Below are positions 26,450-35,114 of a stretch of 64,000 nucleotides of DNA, one piece after another (position 1 is the first letter of the stretch; each line of letters starts with the position of its first letter). Origin of the DNA: Dehalococcoidia bacterium (GTDB lineage Bacteria; Chloroflexota; Dehalococcoidia; UBA2979). The position numbers were made by a program, and so were the translations under genes. The notes under the pieces are model-generated. The model ran no database searches, was not told the DNA's origin, and saw only the letters and a list, made by a program, of their open reading frames with translations. The stretch lies in assembly GCA_965248675.1 (NCBI GenBank), contig CBDFJZ010000008.1:774855-838854 (forward strand). Direction: 5' to 3'.

Positions 26450-27637
26450 CTAGATCACCTCGTCGTCGCGGAGCTTGGCGATCTCCTCCCAGGAGTAACC
26501 CAGCTCGAGCAGCAACTCTTCGGTCTGTTGACCGAGCTCCGGTGCAGGGCCGCGCGGCTCGATGCGCGCCTCGGACATTCCGACCGGGGCGCCGACGACG
26601 CGGAGCGGCCCGTGGGTCGGGTCGTCGATGGTCTGGATGTAGCCGTTGACGATCGCCTGTTCGCTCTCGATGATCTCGTCGTACGTCTGGATCGGCGCGA
26701 CGAGCTGCTCGGCCGCCTCGAGGCGCTCCAGCCATTCCTCGGACGTGCGCGTGACGAAGACGGCGTCCAGTTCGTCCTGGAGCTCGTCCAGGTGGAGGCC
26801 CCGCGCCTCGGGTTCGGCGAACCGCGGATCGGCGAGCAGCCGGGGCTCGTCGAGCGCCTCGCAGAACTCCGTCCAGGCGTCGGGCATAACGCCCGCCATG
26901 CAGATGTAGCCGTCCGCGGTGCGGAACGCGCCCCAGGCGCCCTTGAGGGCGAACGAGTGGTTGCGCCCCCCGCGCCCGATCTCCGTGCCGACGATCGCGC
27001 GCTGGGAGATCTCCCACGCCTGCATCGCCATCACCGTGCCGTAGAGCGAGGTGTCGACGCGCTGGCCCTCGCCGGTCTGGTCGCGGTAGCGGAGCGCCGC
27101 GAGGATCGCCAGCGCCACGACGATGCCCGAGGCGTGATCGCCGACGAGTGCGCCGGCAGGCAACGGGTAGTCCTCCTCGGTGCCCGTCACGTGCATCAGC
27201 CCGCCCGCGGCCTGGCCGAGCGTGTCGCGGCCGGGCTTGTGCGCCCATGGCCCCTTCGGTCCAAAGGTGGTCGAACTGAGGAAGATGATGTCCGGCTTCA
27301 ACTCGCGGAGCTGGTCGTAACCGAAGCCGAGCCGATCGAGCACCCCGATGCGCCAGTTGTTCACGATCACATCGCTGGTGGCGGCGATCTGGTGAACGAT
27401 CTTCACCGCCTCAGGCTTCTTCAGGTCGAGCGTCACGCTCTTCTTCCCGCGGTTGTGGACCGTGAAATAGGCGCTGACGCCGCCATCCGCCCGCGCGTGC
27501 CGCGTCATCTCGCCAGTCAGGCGACGCTCGACCTTGATCACCTCGGCGCCCATGTCGGCGAGGATCGCCGTTCCCCACGGCCCCTGGATCTCCTGCGAGA
27601 AGTCGAGGATGCGGATGCCCTCCATGATGTCGGCCAT
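26450..27637 (-). CDS. family-III CoA-transferase (single module, CaiB/BaiF-type)
   Basis: 395 aa with IRILDFSQEIQGPWGTAILADMGAEVIKVER and the C-terminal APELGQQTEELL. Confidence 0.9.
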   Translation of the reverse strand: MADIMEGIRILDFSQEIQGPWGTAILADMGAEVIKVERRLTGEMTRHARADGGVSAYFTVHNRGKKSVTLDLKKPEAVKIVHQIAATSDVIVNNWRIGVLDRLGFGYDQLRELKPDIIFLSSTTFGPKGPWAHKPGRDTLGQAAGGLMHVTGTEEDYPLPAGALVGDHASGIVVALAILAALRYRDQTGEGQRVDTSLYGTVMAMQAWEISQRAIVGTEIGRGGRNHSFALKGAWGAFRTADGYICMAGVMPDAWTEFCEALDEPRLLADPRFAEPEARGLHLDELQDELDAVFVTRTSEEWLERLEAAEQLVAPIQTYDEIIESEQAIVNGYIQTIDDPTHGPLRVVGAPVGMSEARIEPRGPAPELGQQTEELLLELGYSWEEIAKLRDDEVI

Positions 27638-27673
27638 CGCGTCCGCCTCTCCGTACAGCGCCGCTGCCGTCGA

Positions 27674-28783
27674 TCAGTCGCCCGCCACCGGCTCGCCGGT
27701 CACCCGGTCGAACTGCCCCATCGCCTCTTCGACGAGGCTGTAGACGACCTCGGCGGCGGGCTTGATCTCGTGGATCCCGACCACGGCCTGTCCCGCCGGC
27801 GTCGTCATCCAATCCTCCATGCGCGCCTCGCGAATGCCGGCGAGCGTGTCGTCGACGAGCATGCCCTGCAACGGCATCTGCAGCGGCTCCGGCGCGTCGG
27901 GCTGCTTCCAGGCATCCGACCAATTCGAGCGAAGCTGGCGGATCGGCTTTCCGGACATCGCGCGCGACTGCACGGCGTCCTCGACCTTGGCGTCGATCAG
28001 CCGCTGCTTGAGGAACATCTGCGTCTCGGACTCGTGCGTCGCGAGCCAGATCGTGCCGGTCCAGATCCCGGCGGCGCCCATCGCCAGCGCCCCCGCGAGG
28101 TGCCTGCCGTTTGAGACGCCGCCCGCCGCCAGCACCAGTGTGTCGCTGCCCTCGGCGATCTCGACCACCTCGGGCACGAGAGTGAAGGTGCCGACGGTGC
28201 CGCTGTGCCCGCCCGAGTCGTAGCCCTGCGCGATCACGACGTCGACGCCCGCCTCGACCTGGCGCCGCGCCTGGCGGGGCAGGCCGACCAGCCCCCACAC
28301 GCGTGTGCCGGCGGCGTGCGCTTCTTCGAGGATGAATGCGGGGCTCCCGAGGCCGGAGGCGAAGATCGGCACCTTCTCCTCGAACACGACCTCGAGCGAC
28401 TCGCGCGCCTCGCGGAGCAAGTTCGGCGAGCCGGTCCCGCCCTCGCGCCGCGGCTTCGCCTCGGAAATGCCGTTCTCGCTGCGCAGGTTCTCGAGGAAAT
28501 CGCGGTGCGCCTGCGGGATCAGCTCCTCGAGGTCCTCGCGATTGCCCTCGACGAAGGAGGCGGGGACCAGCAGGTCGACGCCGAATGGCTTGTCGCGGAC
28601 GCGCTCCTTGATCCAGCGAATGTCCGACCGCAGCTCGGCTGGCGTGCGACCGACGCCGCCGAGAACGCCGATGCCCCCGGCGTTGGTGACGGCGACGATC
28701 ACGTCCTTCGTGTGCGCGAAGGCGCAGATCGGGACTTCGCAGCCGTACTCGTCGCAGAGCCTGGTGTGCAGTGGATCAGACAT
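27674..28783 (-). CDS. NMO-family FMN oxidoreductase (nitronate monooxygenase / enoyl-reductase-like), copy 1
   Basis: Start ATG 28783 behind AGGAGGA (MSDPLHTRLCDEYGCEVPI...). It has GYDSGGHSG and AAGGVSNGRHLA motifs. It is a close paralogue of 31211-32314. Confidence 0.85.
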   Translation of the reverse strand: MSDPLHTRLCDEYGCEVPICAFAHTKDVIVAVTNAGGIGVLGGVGRTPAELRSDIRWIKERVRDKPFGVDLLVPASFVEGNREDLEELIPQAHRDFLENLRSENGISEAKPRREGGTGSPNLLREARESLEVVFEEKVPIFASGLGSPAFILEEAHAAGTRVWGLVGLPRQARRQVEAGVDVVIAQGYDSGGHSGTVGTFTLVPEVVEIAEGSDTLVLAAGGVSNGRHLAGALAMGAAGIWTGTIWLATHESETQMFLKQRLIDAKVEDAVQSRAMSGKPIRQLRSNWSDAWKQPDAPEPLQMPLQGMLVDDTLAGIREARMEDWMTTPAGQAVVGIHEIKPAAEVVYSLVEEAMGQFDRVTGEPVAGD

Positions 28784-28952
28784 GGTGGTCCTCCTGGCCG
28801 GAGCGCCCCTCAATTCTCGGCGTCACGATCGCTCACCCGCTCCGGACCGGCAAGCAGATTTGTCATGGCACGAGCGTCGCCGCCCGTGGGGGACCAGCGT
28901 AGGCGAGCAACGCGCGATTCGCTCGTCGCCGGCGGACCAGCGGGCAACGGGG

Positions 28953-29777
28953 CTACAGCTCGATCACCATCCCCGCGCGTGCGGCGGAGGTCCGAGGGAA
29001 CCGCGAGCGTGCCGCCTCGACGAGGGCGTCGATCTCGTCGTCGGTACGCGAGGGATCGTGGCTGATCGCGATCAGCTGGCCGACGTCGGCGGCGATGGCG
29101 GCGTCGACGGCGTGGTCCCAGCTGCTGTGTCCCCAGCCCCGGTGCGCGTCGTAATCCTCGGCGGTGTACTGCGCGTCGTGGATGAGCACGTCGGCGCCGC
29201 GCGCCCAGTCGACGAGGCCGTCGTCGATGTCCGAGTCGCCAGCCTCGTGATCGGTGGCGAACGCGATCGTTCGTTCGCCGGAGCGGAGCAGGTATCCGAC
29301 CACACCCTGCGGGTGGTTCAGCGGGCAGGTGGTCACTTCGATGTCGCCGAAGGTCTGCGGCCGATCGGTGAGCGCCTCGTAGGTCCGCTCAGAGGGTGTG
29401 TCGGCGAGCGGGACCGGGAACCACGGCGGCCGCAGCGCGCCCTCGAGGGCTTCCTGGACGGTGAAGCCTTCGGGACGGCCTCGGAAGTTGAAGCGGTATT
29501 GCGGCTTGAAGATCGCCGGGAAGAAGCCGATGCCCTCGAGGTGATCCCAGTGGAAGTGGGTGAAGAGTACCTCGAAGGTGACGGGGGCGGGATCGTCGGT
29601 GTCGACGGCGAGCTGGCGCAGACCGGTGCCCGCGTCGATCACGAGGCGATGTTCGGGGGTGCCGAGGTCGACCTCGAGACTGATCGTGTCGCCGCCGTAG
29701 CGAGCGGTGTGCGGGCCCGCGGCAGGCACCGAGCCGCGGACGCCGTGGAGGACGACGCGTAGCCGGTCAGCCGGCAT
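28953..29777 (-). CDS. MBL-fold metallo-hydrolase
   Basis: About 274 aa from ATG 29777 (MPADRLRVVLHGVRGS). It has the HxHxDH motif FTHFHWDHLEG. It overlaps the stop of the upstream gene by 11 nt. Confidence 0.75.
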   Translation of the reverse strand: MPADRLRVVLHGVRGSVPAAGPHTARYGGDTISLEVDLGTPEHRLVIDAGTGLRQLAVDTDDPAPVTFEVLFTHFHWDHLEGIGFFPAIFKPQYRFNFRGRPEGFTVQEALEGALRPPWFPVPLADTPSERTYEALTDRPQTFGDIEVTTCPLNHPQGVVGYLLRSGERTIAFATDHEAGDSDIDDGLVDWARGADVLIHDAQYTAEDYDAHRGWGHSSWDHAVDAAIAADVGQLIAISHDPSRTDDEIDALVEAARSRFPRTSAARAGMVIEL

Positions 29778-31020
29778 GAACGTCGTCCGGAGCGCTCGCG
29801 ACCACCGGGGCGACGACTTCGGGTGGGCTGGACGTGGTGGCTCGCCGCGAAAGCCAATGCGCGAAGATGTCAATCGCGACTTGCAGCGCCGCGATCGCTG
29901 CGAGTATTACCGCGAACGCCGCCGGTTCGAGGTTGCTGCCGGTCGCGCCGAGGATCACGACCAGTGCAGCGCCGCCGAGACGGAGCAGCGCCTTGCGTTG
30001 GAAATGCATCAGGCCGTCCGGGCTGCTGCTGCTGACGAGGATCATCGCCATCGCGAGATATGCCCCGGCAACGCCGGCAACGGCCAACCAACGGTGAGCC
30101 GCCTCGAACTCATGGCCGGCCGAGGCAATGACGAGTTCCTCGACGCCGATCCCCGCCATGGTGAGCGCAATGACGAGCGGGAGGTGACTATAGATCCAGG
30201 CGGTGGGATGCCAGTCGTGCACGCGATTTGGGTCGCGGCGGACCACGGAACCCTCGATGTTGTCGAAGTAGACCCACCAGAGGCTGGCGGCCATCACCAC
30301 CCCCGCGACACCGACCGAGGCAGACGCGAACGCCCATTCCTCGTTCGCGACGCCGGCGACGACCGCGGCAATCGACTCGCCGAGAACGAGGATCGTGAAC
30401 AGGCCGAAGCGCTCCGGGAGGTGGGAGACGCTGAGCGGGACCCGCGCCTGCTCACGCCTCATCAGCCACGGCGTGGCAAAGGAGATCGCGAGGCCGACGG
30501 CCCAGAGCAGATAGCGCCACGGCGCCGGCACGAATACCGAGGCGACCCAGATCACCACCTCGATCGAGAAGCCCTTGAGGTAGCCGGACACTAGCGGCTG
30601 AGTATCCGGGACGTACCGCCACGCTCGGGCGTACATCACGACCAGTGCGAGCCGGACCGCGGCGTAAGAGGCGGCAAACGGGCGCGAGATCGTGCCGAGT
30701 TCCTGATCGCCGAGGCCGATCGCGGCCGCCATGCCGGCAACACCGATCATCTGGGCGACGGCGAGCAACCGCTGCCCGCTGTCGTCGGTGTCGTACCGAT
30801 CCGCGAAGAACGTGAAGCTGGCCCACGCCCACCAGAGGATGGTGAACAGCGCCGCGAACTCGAAGAAGCCTTCCCAGCTCAGGTCGTGGAGGAAGCGCGC
30901 ACCGAGGCGCGCCACGGCAACGACAAAGACGAGGTCGTAAAAGAGCTCGGTCCAGGTGGCGCGGCGCTCGTCGGTCTCCAGCGTGCGGAGACGCGGCGGC
31001 CGCCAGATCACTCGATCCAC
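29767..31020 (-). CDS. LtrA-family (low-temperature-requirement A) integral membrane protein
   Basis: RATWTELFYDLVFVVAV is the family signature, followed by about 10 hydrophobic segments. The start is taken at GTG 31020 behind GGGAG. The track ORF extends to 31137, so the start is uncertain. Confidence 0.7.
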   Translation of the reverse strand: MDRVIWRPPRLRTLETDERRATWTELFYDLVFVVAVARLGARFLHDLSWEGFFEFAALFTILWWAWASFTFFADRYDTDDSGQRLLAVAQMIGVAGMAAAIGLGDQELGTISRPFAASYAAVRLALVVMYARAWRYVPDTQPLVSGYLKGFSIEVVIWVASVFVPAPWRYLLWAVGLAISFATPWLMRREQARVPLSVSHLPERFGLFTILVLGESIAAVVAGVANEEWAFASASVGVAGVVMAASLWWVYFDNIEGSVVRRDPNRVHDWHPTAWIYSHLPLVIALTMAGIGVEELVIASAGHEFEAAHRWLAVAGVAGAYLAMAMILVSSSSPDGLMHFQRKALLRLGGAALVVILGATGSNLEPAAFAVILAAIAALQVAIDIFAHWLSRRATTSSPPEVVAPVVASAPDDVHAG

Positions 31021-31210
31021 GTCGCTCCCGCCGCAGGTCAGATCGCCGTTGCCGGCCAGCGAACATCCTACTGTTCGGGCGGGAATTCGACCGTGGCGCG
31101 CCCGCCCGGCGTGAGCGAGCAACCCGCGCGGACGCACCGCGCCGGGGGCGGGTAGGACAACGGTTGTTGTAGAATCCGCGCGACGGGCGACGACCGAGGG
31201 GGGTCACGAC

Positions 31211-32314
31211 ATGCAGGGCGATCCGCTGCACACTAGATTGTGCGACGAGTACGGGTGCGAGGTGCCGATCGTGGCCTTCGCACACACGAAAGATGTGATC
31301 GTCGCGGTCACGAACGCCGGTGGGATCGGCATCCTCGGCGCGACCGGTCAGACGCCTGACGAGCTGCGCTCGAACATTCACTGGATCAGGGAACGCGTCG
31401 GCGACAAGCCGTTCGGCGTCGACCTGCTGGTGCCGGCCTCTTTCGTCGAGGGCAACCGCGAGGACCTCGAGGAGATGATCCCGCAGGAGCACCGCGACTT
31501 CGTCGAGGGGCTGCACAGCACGAACAACATCCCGAAGCCGACGGACAGCGACGAGCGGTCGCCGAATCTGATCCGGCGGGCGCGCGAGTCGCTGGACGTG
31601 ATCTTCGATGAGCACGTTCCGATCTTCGCTTCGGGGCTGGGGAGTCCGGCCTTCGTGCTCGACGAGGCTCACGAGGCAGGCACGAAGGTCTGGGGATTGA
31701 TCGGACTGCCTCGGCAGGCGCGGCGGCAGGTCGAGGCCGGGGTGGACGTGGTGATCGCGCAGGGTTACGACTCGGGCGGCCACAGCGGGACGATCGGGAC
31801 CTTCACGCTGGTGCCCGAGGTGGTCGAGATCGCCGAGGGCAGCGACACACTGGTGCTGGCCGCAGGCGGCGTCTCCAACGGGCGGCACCTAGCGGCGGCG
31901 CTGGCGATGGGCGCGGCCGGGATCTGGACCGGGACGATCTGGCTCGCCACGCACGAGTCCGAGACGGAGATGTTCCTCAAGCAACGGCTGATCGACGCGA
32001 AGGTCGAAGACGCCGTGCAGTCGCGAGCGACCTCGGGGAAGCCGATCCGCCAGCTGCGCTCCAACTGGTCCGAGACTTGGAAGCAGCCGGACGCGCCAGT
32101 GCCGCTGCAGATGCCGCTGCAGGGCATGCTGGTGCGAGACGTGCAGGCCGGGATCAAAGAAGCGCGGTTGGAGGACTGGATGACGACACCGGCCGGTCAG
32201 GCCGTGGTCGGCATCCACGAGATCAAGCCGGCGGCCGAGGTGGTCTTCAGCCTCGCCGAGGAGGCGATGGAGCAGTTCGACCGGGTGACCGGCGAGCCCG
32301 TCGCCGGGGACTGA
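31211..32314 (+). CDS. NMO-family FMN oxidoreductase, copy 2 (inverted paralogue of 27674-28783)
   Basis: 367 aa behind GAGGGGGG. When aligned by eye, the large majority of residues are identical to copy 1, including an about 50-nt identical DNA tract (gtgcccgaggtggtcgagatcgccgagggcagcgacacactggtgctgg). Confidence 0.85.
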   Translation: MQGDPLHTRLCDEYGCEVPIVAFAHTKDVIVAVTNAGGIGILGATGQTPDELRSNIHWIRERVGDKPFGVDLLVPASFVEGNREDLEEMIPQEHRDFVEGLHSTNNIPKPTDSDERSPNLIRRARESLDVIFDEHVPIFASGLGSPAFVLDEAHEAGTKVWGLIGLPRQARRQVEAGVDVVIAQGYDSGGHSGTIGTFTLVPEVVEIAEGSDTLVLAAGGVSNGRHLAAALAMGAAGIWTGTIWLATHESETEMFLKQRLIDAKVEDAVQSRATSGKPIRQLRSNWSETWKQPDAPVPLQMPLQGMLVRDVQAGIKEARLEDWMTTPAGQAVVGIHEIKPAAEVVFSLAEEAMEQFDRVTGEPVAGD

Positions 32315-32317
32315 GGC

Positions 32318-32587
32318 GTGGCTGATCCCGCGGAGGATCAGATCGAGCTCACGTTCGACGGCTCGATCGCGGGCAAACACGCTGAAGCAGACGGCGGGAG
32401 TCACGTCGCCGGCACGAACTTCGCGGCCCGTCAGGCGTTCGCGGGAACGCTGACGGGGCGCCGCATGGCGCAGGGCGATCCGCCGTGGCAGTTCCTCGAG
32501 ATGGGCGATTTCACGGAGAAGCCGGAGGGCTTCAACCACGACGTCGTGTGGTGCCACGAGGGCGACGTCTATATCGATCAGGAGTGA
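32318..32587 (+). CDS. hypothetical small protein (89 aa), no family recognised
   Basis: GTG start 4 nt after the NMO stop, ending 24 nt before etfB. It has high GC3 and a non-artefactual composition (W, F, H, K, D/E present). No motif recognised. Confidence 0.4.
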   Translation: MADPAEDQIELTFDGSIAGKHAEADGGSHVAGTNFAARQAFAGTLTGRRMAQGDPPWQFLEMGDFTEKPEGFNHDVVWCHEGDVYIDQE

Positions 32588-32611
32588 TCGGCCGAGTTCG
32601 GCACGAAGGGC

Positions 32612-33424
32612 GTGAGCGTGCACATCCTCGTCTGCGCGAAGCAGGTGCTCGACCCGGAGGGCGTGAACAGCTACGCGCTGTGGGGGCGCCTCGAGGTCGA
32701 TGAGACCGGACGCGGCTTCGATACCGGCGGCGCGATTCCGCGCATCATCAACGCCTACGACGAACAAGCGGTCGAGGCGGCGCTGCGGCTGCGAGACGCC
32801 GGCGTCGAATGCACGATCACTGTCGCGATCGTGGGTGCCGAGGACGCGACGACGATCCTGCGACGTTGCATCGCGATGGGCGCCGATCGCGCGATCGAGG
32901 TGCAGAGCGCCGAGGCAGGCACAGACGGATTCCACACCGCGACGATCCTCGCCGGACTCGTCCGCGAGTTGGGCGACGTCGACCTCGTGATCTGCGGTCG
33001 CCAGGGGTCGGACTTCGACCAGGGGACCGTGCCGGCGGTGCTCGCCGAGCGCCTCGATTGGGCGTACGTCACGATGTCCTCGGGCGTGGCAATTGAGGGC
33101 GACGCGCTGCGGGTGACGCGCGTGACGCCGTTCGGCGAGGAGCTCGTCGAGGCGGATCTGCCGGCGGTGGTCGCCGTCAGCAACGAGGTCGGCACGGCAC
33201 GCTATCCGAGCAGCCGGCGCATGATGGCCGCTCGACGCACGCAACACGAGGTGTTTTCTGCCGCCGACCTCGCGCCAGGCGAGTCGGGCGGGGGCGTCGA
33301 GCTGGTCGAGCTGTTCGTTCCTGAAGTGCAGGGCCAGTGCGAAGTGTTGGACGGCGACTCGCCCGAGGCGAAGGCGGCGGTGTTGCTCGAACGCCTCGCA
33401 CAAGCGGGTGTGCTCGATGGCTAG
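32612..33424 (+). CDS. etfB: electron transfer flavoprotein beta subunit
   Basis: 270 aa. ILVCAKQVLDPEG..., IINAYDEQAVEAALRL and VICGRQGSDFDQGTV are typical of EtfB/FixA. Confidence 0.85.
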   Translation: MSVHILVCAKQVLDPEGVNSYALWGRLEVDETGRGFDTGGAIPRIINAYDEQAVEAALRLRDAGVECTITVAIVGAEDATTILRRCIAMGADRAIEVQSAEAGTDGFHTATILAGLVRELGDVDLVICGRQGSDFDQGTVPAVLAERLDWAYVTMSSGVAIEGDALRVTRVTPFGEELVEADLPAVVAVSNEVGTARYPSSRRMMAARRTQHEVFSAADLAPGESGGGVELVELFVPEVQGQCEVLDGDSPEAKAAVLLERLAQAGVLDG

Positions 33425-34397
33425 CGGCGTTCTGCTCGTGGTGGCACGGCCGCCGGTCGAGGGGCTCGGCAAGGGCGCGCGCGAGGCGTTCGCGATCGCC
33501 TCGGAGCTGGCGACGACGCTCGGTGAAGCGTTGTCGTGCGCGGTGATCGGCGGCGACGTCGACGGAGCAGCGAACGAAGCCGCCGAGCGCGCGGCCGCGT
33601 CGGTGCTCGTCGCGTCCGGTACGGAGTTCGATACGCCCGGCGACGCGCTGGTCGCCGCTGCGGTCGCCGCGGCGCAAGCCGCCGAGCCGCAAGTGGTGAT
33701 CGTGCCTCGTGGCCCCGACATGCTCGAGCTCGCGCCGCGGATCGCGGCCCGCCTCGACGGCGGCTCGGTCACCGGCGCCACGCAGGTTCGATCGGGCGAT
33801 GAGGGGATCGAGGCGGTGGCGGCGGTGTTTGGCGGCGCGGCGCGCGCGGTCTACCGCTTCACCGCGGCGGGACCGGCCGTGATTGGCATGGCGCCGGTTT
33901 TGCTCGAACCGCCGGAACGCGAGGCGGGGCGCGAGGCCGAGCGCATCGACCTCGAGGTGCCGGCGCTCGCGGAGCGGGTGCGCGTGGTCAAGCCCGCGCT
34001 CGACACCGGCGTCGCACGGATCGAGGACGCGCGGGTGATCGTGTCGGGCGGCCGCGGTCTGCGAGAAGCGGACAACTTCGGACTCGTCCGCGACCTGGCG
34101 GCGGGCCTCGGCGGGATGCCGGGCGCCTCACGGGCGATCGTCGACGACGGATGGGCGCCAGCCTCTGAGCAGGTCGGGCTGACGGGCGCGATCGTGACGC
34201 CTGACGTGTACGTCGCGGCCGGGATCAGTGGCGCCAGCCAGCACATGGCGGGTTGCTCGAACTCGCGACTGATCGTCGCGATTAACACCGATCCGGATGC
34301 GCCGATCTTCCGCTATGCGCACCTCGGCATTGTCGCTGACTGCCTGGAGGTGCTGCCGGAGCTGATCCGGCTACGGCGAGAATCCGGCGCGAGCTGA
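33417..34397 (+). CDS. etfA: electron transfer flavoprotein alpha subunit
   Basis: Start ATG 33417 overlaps the etfB stop. The C-terminal FAD-binding region is VSGGRGL...GASRAIVDDGW...QVGLTGAIVTPDVYVAAGISGASQHMAG. Confidence 0.85.
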   Translation: MASGVLLVVARPPVEGLGKGAREAFAIASELATTLGEALSCAVIGGDVDGAANEAAERAAASVLVASGTEFDTPGDALVAAAVAAAQAAEPQVVIVPRGPDMLELAPRIAARLDGGSVTGATQVRSGDEGIEAVAAVFGGAARAVYRFTAAGPAVIGMAPVLLEPPEREAGREAERIDLEVPALAERVRVVKPALDTGVARIEDARVIVSGGRGLREADNFGLVRDLAAGLGGMPGASRAIVDDGWAPASEQVGLTGAIVTPDVYVAAGISGASQHMAGCSNSRLIVAINTDPDAPIFRYAHLGIVADCLEVLPELIRLRRESGAS

Positions 34398-35096
34398 ATG
34401 ACGCCGTCGCCCTTGAGCCGGCGAGGGCTCCTCGACCCCGCGCACTTGTCCGACCCGGCGACCGTGCGCCCCGAGGGCGGGAGCGTGTTCGACTTGCATG
34501 CGCACAGTTCGGACCGCTCGCGCGATAGCGGGGTGCGGGTTGGGAAGCTGGCGGACCGGGCCGCGTCGCGCGGCCTCGACGGCGTGGTGCTCACCGAGCA
34601 CAACGCGACGTGGTCAGGGGAGGAGCTGCGGGAGCTGAGCGAGCGCCACGAGGTGCGGCTGCTTCCCGGTATGGAGATCGGCACGGACGTCGGCCACGTG
34701 CTGGTGTACGGCCTCGATCGCTTTCGCCCGGAGCTGCTGGAGATCGAGTCTTTACGGCGGATCGCGCAGGCGGAGGGCGCCGCGATGGCGCTGGCGCATC
34801 CGATGCGGCCGTTCCACGGCCAGCACGCCGCCCGCAACCGCTACGAGGCATGGTTCGACGCGCTCGAGACGATCAACGGCGATCACGCGGACTCCGAGGG
34901 CGGCCCGTACGAACAGCTCGCCGATCGGCTCGGGATCGGCGCTGTCGGCGGCAGCGACGTGCACAGCGTCCAGGCGGTCGGCCGCGTGGTCACGACGTTC
35001 GAGTCGGCGGTGGACAGCAGCGAGGAACTGGTCGATCAGCTGCGTGCGGCCGTCGCGCGGCCTCGGGACCTGCGCCCGCGCCGCACGATCGAGTAG
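34398..35096 (+). CDS. PHP-domain metal-dependent phosphoesterase
   Basis: 232 aa. The ATG directly abuts the etfA stop (TGAATG). It has DLHAHSSDRSRDS...GLDGVVLTEHN...GGSDVHS His/Asp motifs. Confidence 0.7.
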   Translation: MTPSPLSRRGLLDPAHLSDPATVRPEGGSVFDLHAHSSDRSRDSGVRVGKLADRAASRGLDGVVLTEHNATWSGEELRELSERHEVRLLPGMEIGTDVGHVLVYGLDRFRPELLEIESLRRIAQAEGAAMALAHPMRPFHGQHAARNRYEAWFDALETINGDHADSEGGPYEQLADRLGIGAVGGSDVHSVQAVGRVVTTFESAVDSSEELVDQLRAAVARPRDLRPRRTIE

Positions 35097-35114
35097 CGCC
35101 GGCCGACGTCCGCG

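Noticed and set aside
31160-31180. ACAACGGTTGT near-palindrome and TAGAAT -10-like box between LtrA and NMO copy 2 as a defined promoter/operator
   Set aside because: No acceptable -35 lies at 16-18 nt spacing, and the palindrome arms are only 5 bp with an imperfect centre. This is too weak to call.
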